Assembly (NCBI GenBank): GCA_034780895.1
Contig: JAUZTB010000087.1
Coordinates: 66,401,230-66,433,479 of the forward strand
Length of the DNA stretch: 32,250 bases
Direction of reading: 5' to 3'
Source of the DNA: Rhynchobatus australiae
Lineage: Eukaryota
Under the pieces are notes generated by a model, which was not told where the DNA came from, ran no database searches, and saw only the letters and a program-made list of their open reading frames with translations. Each line of letters begins with the position of its first letter. Position 1 is the first letter of the stretch. A program made the translations under genes and the position numbers. Below are positions 1 to 12,248 of the stretch, piece after piece.

Positions 1-650
1 CAGATGGAATAAAATCTCACCAACTGAGGGGTGATGTGCATTTTGGGAAGTCAAATAGGATTGGGACATATACAGTAAATGGTAGGGTGTTAAGGTATGT
101 TGATGAACAGAGTGTCCTTGGGACTCAAGTCCATAGTTCCCTGAAAGTGGCAACATGGGTAGATAGGGTGGTGAAGAAGGCAAATGACATGCTTGCCTTC
201 ATAGGTCAGGGCATATAGAAGTTGAGACAATATATTGTAACCATACAAAACATTCTTTAGACGGCACTTGGAGTATTGTGCACATTCTGGTTGACATGCT
301 ATAGGAGGGACATAGTTGGACTGGAGAGAGGATGCAGAGGAGATTCACCAGGATGTTGCATGAATGGAAGCTATGGGGAGAGATTGGATAGGCTGGGTTT
401 GTTTTCCCTGGAGTGAAGGAGGCTAGTAGGTGACATGTTAGAGGTATATAAAATTATTAGGGGCGTAGATATAATAGATAATCAATTTATTCCCCCATTG
501 TCTAAAACAAGGCAACAGAGGAAGGAGTTTTAAAGGGGATTTGAGGGGAAAGTTTTTTTTTACAAAGTGAGTGGTTAATATCTGGAATGCACTGTCAGAG
601 GAGGTGGTAGAATCAGACGCAATTAATATGTTTGAGACAATCACTGGAAA
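1..650 (+). mobile_element. CR1-clade LINE, decayed 3' part of ORF2
   Basis: ORF 36-218 reads MHFGKSNR..YTVNGRVL..VDEQSVLGTQVHSSLKVATWVDRVVKKANDMLAFI, the typical CR1 post-RT region; continues with frameshifts through LEYCAHSG-like and WNALSEEVVE-like segments. Confidence 0.9.
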
Positions 651-973
651 CAAATAAAATATACCTATAACATTTCTGCATTCTTTCACATGAATCACAC
701 TACATTACCAATCATGCAAGGATGTAAACCAAGCTTTCCAAATGTTCCTTCTGCTTCTTTCCTTCCTTCTTTTAACGTTTGCTTTGAATAAGTTTTCAGT
801 GTTCTTTGTAACATTTTCCTTTTGACTATTGTTACTCTCTGTCCAATTACATTTGGTAAAAATATGGGGGAAACATCCCAGGGTTAAGTGCTTCATAATC
901 CCAAGTTGTATCATCACACTACCACCAAAAGGGTAGAAAGGATGACTGGCAGATTTTTAAACTGACCATGGGA

Positions 974-1127
974 AAATAAAATCCTGCAGATGCTGGAAAT
1001 ATGAAATAAAAACAGAAGATGCTGGACATCAGGCGGGGAGAGAGGCAGGGTTAACATTTCAGGTCAATGACCTTTCACCAGATGCTGAATAACTTATTGA
1101 GTACTACCAAGACTTTCTGATTTTGTT
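974..1127. mobile_element. Short Penelope-like (PLE) pseudo-LTR derivative
   Basis: Shares the TGCAGATGCTGGAAAT..AAAACAGAAxATGCTGG motif with copies at 4221, 19660, 20195 and 27494; flanked by imperfect direct repeats actgaccatggga (961-973) / actgacaatgaga (1128-1140); minus-strand hammerhead-like core at 1057-1081. Confidence 0.7.
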
Positions 1128-1419
1128 ACTGACAATGAGATCTTGTTGATATAATAACCTGCTCGGACATCAGTTTTATTACTTTTAGCTTTATCCAAAC
1201 ACCTAATCCATGCTGGAAATCAATATTATCTGGTATTTTCACCAGATATTCACGCCAGAATTTTTTGATTCCCAGAACTGGAATGATGTATTGCATACTC
1301 CATGCAAGTATTTACACTATAATTTGGCATACCCTTTCTTATAAAAGTTGTTTTGACAATAGATTTAAGAGAATATATGAAGTTTATTTTCATCCATTTT
1401 AGGAAGGCAACAAACGATG

Positions 1420-1500
1420 ATTTGGTTCAGTGGCAGTTCTCCATCTCTGAGCCAAAAGATGCAGGGTTAAAACCCAACTTCAAACAATGAATAGAGCTCC
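1420..1500 (+). mobile_element. Decayed tRNA-derived SINE head
   Basis: ttggttcagtggcag (A-box-like) ... gggttaaaaccc (degenerate B box) with SINE-like spacing. Confidence 0.35.
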
Positions 1501-1896
1501 AAATTTGAATCCTGGGTCAACACCAGGCAGGATACTCACAGCAGGCGAGTGCAAGCAATACCCCATTTCACCTTGTCTGCAGGTTCTGGGATCTCATAAA
1601 ACTTCCCAATAAAAAGACAAATCATCCCAAGAGCTAGTATGACCATGGAAGTTGCGACCAAGAATCGGCCTGCAAGTTTTCCCACTACATCCCAAAGGCA
1701 GAGCAGGAAGATATGAAGAATAAATAAACAGTTTATGAAGTGTGTTCTTGGCAGCTCAAGTCATAACAGCAGCTCCATGTCATGCAGTGTTCCGCTGCCA
1801 AACGGAGTGCAATCGGACCCCCAGTTACACAGTACTGAACTTTATATCATATGGCCAATACTTCAATGCACACGATACCCTGCTTCACATTGACAT

Positions 1897-3525
1897 ACAT
1901 AAGAACATAAGAAAGAGGAGCAGGAGTAGGCCATCTGGCCTGTCGAGCCTGCTCCATTCAATAAGACCATGGCTGATCTGGCTGTGTCCTCAGTTCCATC
2001 TACCTCCCTTTTCCCCACAACTCTTAATTCCCCTACTATGCAAAAATCTATCTAATGGTGTCTTAAATATATTTAATGAGNNNNNNNNNNNNNNNNNNNN
2101 NNNNNNNNNNNNNNNNNNNNNNNNNNNNNNNNNNNNNNNNNNNNNNNNNNNNNNNNNNNNNNNNNNNNNNNNNNNNNNNNCCTGCTCTTAAATTCAATCT
2201 CTCCAGCAATGAAGGCCAACATTCCATTTGCCTTCTTGATAACCTGTTGCACCTGCAGACCAATCTTCTGTGATTCATGCACCAGCACTCCCAAGTCCCT
2301 CTGCACAACAGCATACTGCAATCTTTCACCATTTAAATAATAATCTGATCTTCTATTTTTGCTTCCAAAGTGGATGACCTCATATTTCCCAACATTGTAC
2401 TCCATCTGCCAGACCTTTGCCCACTCACCTAACTTACCTATATTTTTCTGCAGACTCTGTACAATTTGCTTTTCCACTCAATTTAATGTCATCAGCAAAC
2501 TTAGATATGCTACACTTGGTCCCCTCTTCCAAATCATTAATGTATATTGTGAACAGTTGCAGGCCCAGCACCGACCCCTGTGGCAGGCCGCTCACCACTG
2601 ATTGCCAGCCAGCCAAACACCCATTTATCCCAACTCTCTGCCTTCGATTGGTTAACCAATCCTCTATCCATGCTAATACATTACCCCCAACTCCATGCAT
2701 CCTCATCTTCTGGATAAGTCTTTTATGTAGCACTTTAACGAACGCCTTCTGGAAATCCAAGTGTACAACATGCGCCTGTTCCCCTCTATCCACTGTGCTC
2801 ATTATATCCTCAAAGAACTCCATTAAGTTTGTTAAACAGGACCTGGCCTTCCTGAATCCATGATGTGTCTGCCTGATGGAACCACGTCTAGCCAGATGTC
2901 TCGCAATTTCTTCCTTAATGATAGCTTCAAGCATTTTCCCAACTACAGATGTTAAGCAAACTGGCCTATAGTTATCTGCCTTTTTTAAATAGTGGTGTGG
3001 CATTCGTTGTCTTCCAATCCACCGGGACATGCCCAGAGTCCAGAGAATTTTGGTAAATCATCACAAACGCCTCTACTGTAACTTCCGCCATTTCTTTCAG
3101 TACCCTGGGATGCATCCCATCAGGACCGGGGTCTTGTCTACCTTTAGGCCCATTAGTTTGCTCATCACTACCTCTTTAGTGACAGCAATTGTATAGACGT
3201 CTTTACCTCCCATCGCAGCCATAGCATCTTTAGTTGGCATGTTAGACATGTCCTCCACTCTGAAGAACAACACAAAATAGTCATTCAAGGCCTAGGCCAT
3301 TTCCACATTACCCAATATTAATTCCCCTTTCTCATCTTTCAAGGGACTTGTGTTCATTTTGGCCACCTTCTTCTGCTTTATATAAATATAAAAACCTTAA
3401 TTATCTGTTTTTATATTTTATGCTAGCTTATTTTCATTATCTATCTTCCCTTTCCTTAGTGGCTCAACAGTTCTTTGTGCTTTTTAAAGTTTTCCCAATC
3501 TTCCAGTTTCCCACTGCTCTTGGGG
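1897..3525 (-). mobile_element. CR1-clade LINE, 5'-truncated, with frameshifted reverse transcriptase domain and 3' tail
   Basis: ORF 2434-3030 has NYRPVCLTSVVGKMLE, HGFRKARSCLTNL, LDFQKAF, GLPQGSVLG and KFADD; ORF 2073-2477 continues WQMEYNVGKYEVIHFG; (AAGAACAT)n-type tail at ~1897-1915. Confidence 0.95.
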
Positions 3526-3589
3526 ACAATGGTAGGGCAGCTATTGGTTTGGTGCCAAAATTCCAACCAATTAGCTTTCAGCTTCCAAA

Positions 3590-4990
3590 CATGTGAAAAT
3601 GTCTTTAAGAAAATTTATGATGTTGTGCCCAAAATTCTGCTACCTTGACCCAGGAAACAGAAATCCTTGATAAGTTGCAAGAAGGCAATGGCGCCGCGTT
3701 GATTGCTCGCCAGTAGAAATTAATGAATCGACTGAACATATCCTTATAAAAAAATCAAGCAAAAGAATTGGAAATAACAACGTGCATAGTTTTGAAAGTA
3801 TCATTAGTAATAAGAGTTCCCATTTAGATAAGATTGAGAAACTCCCTAATCTCTGGATCATTGAAATGTTCAGTACAGAAGGATCAGTTGTCAACAATGC
3901 AGTAATTAGGGTTTAAGTTTTGGCTCTGTATTAGCCCATGACTGACTAGTCATGCCAGAGACACCAAGCAATTCACTGATAGCAGGGTTTGGCTGGACAG
4001 ATTTGTTCAATGCCGAAATGTTAAATTACAAATACAGCAACATTAACCCAGAGTTTTCAAGAATTTATTAAAGACCACATGCTTGCTCCAGTTTTTAAAC
4101 TGTGATAAAACAAGGCTTTTTCTTTAAGCAAGAAAATGGGCAACAGGATTTACTCAACCTAAGAACAAAGCATAGTCAATGATTTCAAGGCATTTGAAGA
4201 TAGATTAACTCTTTTGTGCAGACACAAGAGAGACTGCAGATGCTGGAAATCAGGAGCAACGCACACAAAATGCTGGAGGAATTCCCGAAGGGTCTTGGCC
4301 CAAAACGTCAACTGTTCATTTCCCTCCATAAGTGCTGCCTGACCTGCTGAGTTCCTCCAGCATTTTGTGTGAGTAACTCCTTTGTGCAAATGCCCTGGGA
4401 GGAACTAAGTGCAAACCCCTTTGGGTGCATCAAATCAAAAGCCCACATATGTGTTTGTCAATAATTTGGTATTCCATTACGAGGGCCTGGGTGATGTGTG
4501 TTACCTTTGAGGATTGGCAGCAAGAGAGAAATGAAGGAATTCCTCGTAAGAAAGAACATCCCATTGAGGGTTTTTCTTGTGTTGGAAAATGTGTCAAGTC
4601 ACATGCCAAAGTCATTGCGCTTTGTTGATCCTAATGTTTCCATAAAGTGTTTGTCTCCTGACACGATGTCAATGTTATATACTTATGGACCAGGGCCTTT
4701 AAATTTTACTACTGCAGGCACTTCTATAGATAGGGATCGGATGCAACTTTCAAAAGTTTTGAGTGGAGATCCTGTTGCAGATTTGGAAGCAGCAGAACAT
4801 TTTCAACTGTACGTCAGGGAGGAAGAGCAAACCTCCAACTTTGAATGCCTTTTGGCACAAACTCCAGCCCGAGATTGTCAATGACATCAAAGGCTTCCCA
4901 CCATCAATAATGAGCCTGTGGACATTATGAGTGCAGTTTGTTTGACCAATGACAATCTGTCAACATTGGACAAAAGCAATAGCAGAACAT
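3590..4990 (+). mobile_element. pogo/Tigger DNA transposon, near full-length transposase pseudogene (HTH_psq, CENP-B HTH, DDE_1)
   Basis: Across frameshifts: LTQETEILDKLQEGNGAALIARQ / EINESTEHILIKK (3645-3760), EKLPNLWII..VIRV*VLALY, FTDSRVWLDRF (~3973-4005), NCDKT (D at 4104), KKMGNRIY..FKAFEDRLTLLC|NALGGTKCKPL, IIWYSITRAWVMCVTFEDW, VFLVLENVSSH (4585), MDQG (4685-4696), TLNAFWHKLQPEIVNDIKGF. Terminal inverted repeats not located. Confidence 0.9.
4221..4373. mobile_element. Short PLE pseudo-LTR derivative inserted in the Tigger transposase
   Basis: 20-bp perfect internal inverted repeat cacacaaaatgctggaggaa (4262-4281) / 4352-4371; 15-bp target-site duplication taactcttttgtgca (4206-4220) / taactcctttgtgca (4374-4388). 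Confidence 0.85.
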
Positions 4991-6559
4991 GACAGTGCAA
5001 ATTTCTTGCAGTTGATAAAGCTATCTATTGTTTTCACTCACGTGTTATTATGGATGTTAGTTTCTCTATTATATTTTTTGCCTTCTTGATTCCCTTATGC
5101 TTACACTATGTTCTTCTTCCTATAAGTTGATCCACATCAAAATCTCTGAACAATGCAGAAAACAAAATTCTCTGTTGGATGGATTGTTAGGAAAATTATA
5201 ACATACTGCCAGAGTAGCATTACCATTTTTCACCATTCCCCATCAATGTATGTAGGCTAAAGATAGAAATCTTCACCATACCCAGAACCACAAACAGATA
5301 CATGAAATAGGCATTGAAGATGCATCAAGGTTTGAGATAAACGAGTGCACATCTTAATGTAGCTAATCAGACTTTCCATAACAATGCCAAAAATACACGT
5401 TGAAAATTAAACCCACATCCATGAGGCTACTGACGCAGGAGTGAAATAGCAAAAACATGAACATTAATTGATTACTCAAAATAGCTTGCCCCCCAACATT
5501 AATAACAGTTCACACTTTATGGGTCGGTGGGGGTGGAAGGGAGGGAAATGAATTAGGACAAAAAAGGTGAGCTAGAGGGATTACACAGTGAAAAAGGGAA
5601 GAATAGGTAATCATACTTGGGATCACAAGATTTCACCAATTTCAGTTACCACTCAGAAAGCCCTCTTGGCCATTCTTATACCCCAAGCCTCACAAATGCA
5701 GCTATGGCCATCCATAGCTCCAATATGATTGAGACTTTGAAAACTGAACATTTAAGCAGAACGTCACAGCACATAAATTATCACGACCAGTGTACGAAGA
5801 TGCTGATACAGATATAAATTATGCAACATACGCCCTTCAGGCAGCAGAAGCTGATTTTCCTGTGACAAATAAGAGCCAGTGTCAAAGGAAGTAGGTGAGT
5901 GGCTGGACTGTTTCCAGCACAAATTTGGATGAGAAAACAAGCCTTTTCACCACTGGCATTACAAGCTATCCACAAGTCAAGACTGAATGAGGGGACTGCA
6001 ATGTAGTTATACAGTACCTAGAGAACAATGAAGCAGAATAATGGAGAAACTTTGCTCTAAATATTTTTCCACTGCCACCATGAAAGCAGTCGTCAGAGCT
6101 TTGTCAATCTGCTGACAGGGACAAAGGTCTAGAAGAGGGGGCTAGCATCTGCACAGACTGCCATGTCTGCAGTCATAGCGTTATTCCAAATTAGAGGAGG
6201 CCCATGAGGACATTCTAGCATGTCTGCATAGACAACTGTGAGAAAGATGTTAACTGGTATCAGAAGCAAACTATATTAATTGCAGGCTTTGGTGAACAAC
6301 CGTTCCAAACAGATTGAGGTAAAGCATGTGGGGCCATGCTCCACCATGAGCACACACTCATTTTTGTGACATTTGATTTTGGGGAGATGGTAATGCATTA
6401 TGGTCATCAATTTTAGTTACTTAATTTAAATAGCTGGTGAAATAAAATGTGGTCAAACTTCACTTCATATCCCCTTATTATTCAGCCTCATACAGAGAAA
6501 AAGATCAGCCCATTCTGAGAAAGAGGCAATAAAGAAGGAAGCTATACAAGGCACATCAG

Positions 6560-7160
6560 GTCTTATAAACATCAGTTCAGATTTCTTCTGAGCTACAGAT
6601 CAACACCACATTCACAATTTTGCTCCAATTATATAGGTCCCTGGTGAAGTTTAACCCAGAAAATTGTGTACAGGTCTGGTCTTCCAACCCAAGGGAAGTA
6701 ATACATGCAATTGAGTGAGTACAGCAAAGATTCACCATAATGATTCTGGGATGGCAGTGTTTGTCATGGGGAGAGGTTAAGCAGACAAGGCCTAAACTTT
6801 CTTGAGTTTGAATCACTGAAACATACAAAGTTCTGACAGGGCTTGACAGGGTGGATGCTGGCCGCCTAGAACCAAAACGCACACAGTCTCAAAATAAAGA
6901 GTCAGGGCTGAGGTGAAAAGAAATGTCTTCATCCAGTGGGGAGCGAATCTTTGGAATTCTCTACTCAAGCAGGCTATGGAGGCTTGGTCACTGAGTACTG
7001 TCAGGTCAATGCCAAAAGATTGTTATATATTAAGAGAATTGAGGGATATTGGTAAGTGCAGGAAAGTAATATTGAGTTTTAACATCATCCATGATCTTAT
7101 TGAAAGGCAGAGATTGCATGGGGGCTGAATGGCCTACTCCTGTTTCTATTTCTCATGTTC
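6560..7160 (+). mobile_element. CR1 LINE 3' fragment
   Basis: ENCVQVWS, VQQRFTIMILG and RNVFIQWGANLWNSL segments; ends in the CR1 3' UTR motif ggggctgaatggcctactcctgtttctatttctcatgttc. Confidence 0.85.
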
Positions 7161-7199
7161 CAACGATAGAACGCATCCCTGCAAAAACGATGAGGCACA

Positions 7200-7620
7200 G
7201 AAAACCTGATGTATCCCAGCCTAGTTTTGCTGAATTCGGAAGTAAGTGTGGAAGAAAGGTTTTTGAAGCTAAGTGAACTTCACAAACCTGCTAGAGCGTT
7301 AGATTACAAGATAAGGTTTATATGCTGACACTACCAGGCAGGTTGGAAAAGGGAAGAGATGTGAGAGAGATGGTGGAGGAAAATGGTTCCAACTATCTCA
7401 TAATATTGGCAAAAGATTCAGAGAGATCCATGTGGACCACTTGATTTCAGCACAAGCAACTAAAGAGAATAGTTAGGAAGACTTCAAGTGTGAATATTCC
7501 TAAAGCAAGTCCAGCAGTTGTGGAAGCATTGACACAGAACATAACAGAAGAGAGGGTCAAGAAGTGATCCCTTCAAATTGCCTGGAGATGGATGTTACAT
7601 AAACAACATCCTTTGAGTCA
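7200..7620 (-). mobile_element. Possible highly decayed L2 LINE fragment
   Basis: Purine-rich plus-strand sequence resembling antisense L2 ORF2; similarity recalled, weak. Confidence 0.3.
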
Positions 7621-9479
7621 TCAAGATTAACACAAGTAACATCAGTAGAGTTATGCTGACAAAAGAGAATTCAAAATCCAATTAATTAAACTTACAAATG
7701 CATAAATGCTGTTGAATCAATAACAAAGACAAAAACAGCGTTGTTAGTACTTATAAGTGTGACGTCACTGATGAAACAGTCTGAGAAGAAGTTTGATTAG
7801 ACCAAACACATCTTTAAATGTTTTCCATATATTACTCGAGTTGAGACTTGGACTGCACAAAAGCACACACATTATATATTGGAACAACAATTAGATTTGT
7901 TAAGAATGTTCCTCCAGTTGCTGAAATCAGACATGCTTTTTTAAAAAATTATTCCATCAAAGCTAATTCCAGTGAAATTTACTTTGTCTTGGTTGCTGGA
8001 TCCCAGCAAGATATCTGTGCAGTAAGTACTCATTTTCCTAATAAGCATTACCAGCTTGTGCTCATATCAATCTTGTCAACACTATCGGTACATTCAATTT
8101 TTATCACCCTGCACCACCCATCAACACCAACACACAAGAGAGGAGTCATCTCCCCAAATTAGTACATTCTGTATTAAAACAGCAACCAGAAATCTCAGAG
8201 ACCATCAATTGGTGACTAAGAGATCCATACATGCTGGTCAAGTAATAGCTTCAAGACCACAGAGGTTTCAATTCTGCACTAAGCATCACATTCAAGTAAC
8301 TTTTAGTAAAGCAACAGGTCAGATCCTCTCCTCAGGTATTGGCAAAGCTAAATTGGCTCCTTCAATAATCCCATAACATCACTATGCCCAGCAGCTGTCC
8401 CAAATTAAAAGGTCATTGTGAGGGTGTGAGTGAATTAATTAATCACGGACAAATTCAAGGGATACTCAGAGACCAAAGCACAACACTATAGATAAAGAGA
8501 AATTATACATCTTATTAAAATGAGTTACAATCAGCTCTTAGCTCCCTAAGAGAAATAAGAAAGTGTGCTATCAGGTCTTATAAATTCCAATGGAGACTTT
8601 GCTGCAACTTCTGAAAATAATGTTCACATTTTATTCCTCTGACGACCTCTAAAAGATGGTAGGTATCCATTAAATTTAATGGAATTAATGACACTTTGAA
8701 ATTATGGTCCTTATGTCAATTTGAGATCTTAAATAATCTACACATTTAGGGGGAGGGGAAATCAAGACTTTCACAGCAAACTCTTTCAGATGTGGACTAA
8801 CACCGAAATATTAATCCAGTGAATTTAAATCTTTATCTGTTATTAAATGTTAAGAATGCATTTGCAGCCAATTCTTTCAAAATGCTATTTCTTTAGAGAC
8901 AAACAATAAAATAATTAGACCCACAACTGAACTCTTACAAATCACCAGATCACTTTGACCATTTTTCACTACTTGTAATCAGTGGAATAAAATAAACAAT
9001 TGGCTAATACAATAATCTTACAATCCAAGTGTAAAGGATTTCATTTTCATGAAACTATATTTGCAAGGCCGTGATGCAGCCAAAGTGAGTGTAGCTAACT
9101 GAATAGCTGCTTCACGGTGAACACAGCCAGAATACTGACAAGACTGTCACATTGAAACAGTCTGGTTAAATTATTGATGTGCATTTTCTTATAAATTAGG
9201 TGACTAGTAAGACCATTCTAGTGCTTCTCAATTTCTTTAATGAAGGATATTAAGTCATTTGAAGGAACTTGCCATCACTTTCCACACGTATCTCATACTT
9301 CGATGGAGCTGTTAAGGGGCTTATCCTGGATGCTAACTCTATGCAGAAGATCTTTACCCACAACAGGTCTACAAGATTCTAAGTTTCAGGCTTGATTCTA
9401 CACCAGCTGCAAGACTACTACCCAAACTTGACACGAACTTCTACATTGCCACCAGGTATTAAGTTTCTTCACCAGGCAC

Positions 9480-9900
9480 AAACCCCCCTCTCAATCTGCT
9501 TTCAACAACCTCTCAAAAATGAACTTTTACCCTTGATAATCCCAACATAGCACTCCTAACTGGCTTTGTTTGGTCTTCTTTCTGTAAACTTCTGGCCACA
9601 TCCTAAACTGCACCAAGTCCTGTCTCCCCCATCACCCCAGTGTGGACACTTAGATTGGTTCCCACTACTCCGCCTTTAAAATTCTCTCACTTGTCTTGAA
9701 ATGATAGTTCCACACCTCCACAGGTCTTCATGCCTTGTAACATGGCAAATGTACTTGTCAAAGTCTGCCCTCCTGTTTAACCTGAGTTTATTGGCTCCAC
9801 CTTTGGGACCTGTGCTTCCTACTGCGAAAAGCTTAACCTCTGGCATTCTTTTAACAAAGCTTGCTACCTTTAAGATGTTGTCTGAGGACGCCTATGACAT
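9480..9900 (+). mobile_element. L2 LINE 3' ORF2 fragment, decayed
   Basis: cacatcctaaactgcaccaagtcc..ccccatcaccccagtg..gattggttccc..tttaaaattctc corresponds to the L2 motif ILTxTKSxSPITPVLxxLHWLP..FKIL. Confidence 0.55.
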
Positions 9901-9914
9901 TGATGAAGAAAATG

Positions 9915-11555
9915 AAAATGGAGCATGTGATTAATCTAGTTTGAAGCATAAAAACAGAGTTTAAAAGCTTTCACAGATATGTAGAAAGAAAATGATTAGC
10001 AAAAGAAGGAAAAAATTAACAAAAGTTAATGTGGGTTAATATAGGCTGAAGCAGGGGAAATAAATATTGGGGAATAAGAAAAAGGCAGGGAAATTAAATA
10101 TTTTGTGCCAGCCTTCACAAAAAACACAAAATCACCCAGAAAGAGTGGGGGAACAACAGTTTTATGATAGAATCAGAAATTAGCAATAATTATTAAGAAA
10201 AAAAAATATGGGAAAATTATTGGGACTGAAAAGCAATAAATTCCCAGTACCTGATGAGCTGCATTCCAAGGTTTTGAAAGAAGTGGCGCTGGAAATAAGG
10301 ATTGTCAACATGGAAAATTGCATAGATTCTAGAACAGTTCTCAAATTGTGGGATTACATTTGCTACCTTCCAATATTTAAGAAAGAAGGGANNNNNNNNN
10401 NNNNNNNNNNNNNNNNNNNNNNNNNNNNNNNNNNNNNNNNNNNNNNNNNNNNNNNNNNNNNNNNNNNNNNNNNNNNNNNNNNNNNNNNNNNTTAAGAAAG
10501 AAGGGAGAGAAAATGGAGTACTATAGATCTGACATTAATTGTAGAGAAAATGCTGGAACTGGTTATAAATGGTCACAAAACACCTAGAAAGAAGGAATGC
10601 AAGAAGAAATGGATTGTGTTTGGGTTAGGAGATTGTAATTAGTGGTGTGCTGAAGGGATCCGCACAGGGGCTCCAACTGTTCACCATCTTTCTGAAGGAT
10701 TTGTATAAAGTAGGGCAAGTATAACATACTCAGTTACGCAAATAACACAAAACTGAATGATGGTGTGTCCTTTAAGAAAGATGTAGAGAGGCTTCAAAGG
10801 AATATAGACAGGTTAAGAGAATGGGTACTATAGCAGGTGGCACATAATGTGGAAAAATAGAAAAGCAGCACATTTTAAAAATAATGAAAGGCTGAGAAAT
10901 GTTATGATCAGAGGGATCTGCATGAATTGTGAAATGTAGAAATTAAAAATACCTTTATTGCGATGGGATTTGAGTAAAGAATAAAGACATCTTACTGCAA
11001 CTGGAATATTGTATAAAAAGGTATGATAAACAAAAGGAGATACTTACAAAGGAGAAAGTACAACAAAGGCTCACCACGTTGATTACAGGGATGAAAAGGG
11101 AGGGAGAGAAGGGGAATATAAGAATATATCCTCTAAGAATATATCAAATGGACTGGGCCTATAATTTGCTGTAATGTAGAAAACTCAGAAGTAATGTGAT
11201 CAAAACATACAAAATTCTTACAAGGCTTGAAAGGATAGATGCAACAATGATATTTGCCTGGCTGGGATAGCTTGAGAACAGGGACAGAAAGGTCAAAGTA
11301 AGGAATTGTCCTTTCAGGATTAAGAGAAAAAAATTTCTTCACACAGAGGATACTTATTGTTGCACACTTCTACCGAAATGAGCAGTGTAGGCTCAGTTGC
11401 CAAGTATAGTCCAGACAGACATCAACAAATTTATGGGTATTAGGGAATCAAAAGATATGTGGTTAGTGAAGAAGTGCTGCTGAAGTAAAAGAATAGCCAC
11501 GATCTTATTGGATAGCAGCACAGACTCAAGGGACCTTTTCGATTATCTTCTCATG
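9915..11555 (+). mobile_element. CR1 LINE ORF2 plus 3' UTR, heavily decayed with internal deletions
   Basis: KLLGLKSNKFPVPDELHSKVLKEVALEI, PIFKKEG, SGVLKGSAQGLQLFTI (PQGSVLGP-like) and YANNTKL (FADDTKL-like); CR1-type 3' end at ~11490-11555. Confidence 0.85.
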
Positions 11556-11625
11556 TAAAGCACCTTGGGAATTTTGTTGCACTGAAAGGCGCTAATACAG
11601 TGGATATAGCAGCAGCTGTTGTTGA
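11556..11625 (+). mobile_element. L2/SINE 3' tail fragment
   Basis: aaagcaccttggga..aaaggcgcta..gttgttg matches the L2-type 3' end seen in antisense at ~31726-31800. Confidence 0.5.
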
Positions 11626-12248
11626 ACATATACAGAGAATACCACTAGATTGGTATAAGCATGAAAGGAACGGTGGAAAATTTACATCACTGCATGTCTA
11701 ATATTTTAGCATATACCCGCACCTTTATATACTTAATTGCAACACAATGCTAGAAGACTGATGGAAAAGGTACTTGGACTTGAGGATCTAATTTCAGTTT
11801 TATTCTACTTAGTTTAAAAAGACCTAGTACTTGAAAGATTGCAAAGCAAGACTGCAATTGATCACGTGATTGGAAATTCTCAATGAAAATTACACCTGAC
11901 AGCCTCAGTAATTGTACAACTCTCTATCTCTATGAATCAGATGTGTATAACTAAACTGTAGCTCAGTTTTAGGTATTTGTTTAATTTTAGGCAAAATGTC
12001 AGCTTTATTATTCATTCCCAACCAAATCTGATAAGATTGAATGCTTAATTCTGAAACTGTTGCATCACCCGACTACCAGAAGTGAAATAAATTGCCCTTG
12101 ACAGTTCTTGCAATAAATTCTTGGTTATCACTAAGTCTGTAGGATTATCAAACTATTGTAGGATGCCTATTTTTGAATACCCCCACTGTGATAGTGCACT
12201 TTTGGAAAGTTTAACTCACTGGCAGCGAGTAGCAAAAGAAATTGGGAA

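Noticed and set aside
2434-3030. 198-aa reverse transcriptase ORF as part of a novel RT system (retron or DGR-like)
   Set aside because: Motifs and flanks are ordinary CR1 ORF2, frameshifted at both ends.
3644-3742. Apparent 99-nt minus-strand exon encoding a mitochondrial-presequence-like peptide MFSRFINFYWRAINAAPLPSCNLSRISVSWVK
   Set aside because: The plus strand of the same bases encodes the Tigger HTH_psq domain, collinear with the rest of the transposase, which explains the open frames and CpGs. Exonisation is not excluded but is unsupported.
10377-10506. 15-nt direct repeat ttaagaaagaaggga flanking a 100-N gap
   Set aside because: An unmerged contig overlap inside a CR1; the LINE sequence continues directly, so it is not a target-site duplication.
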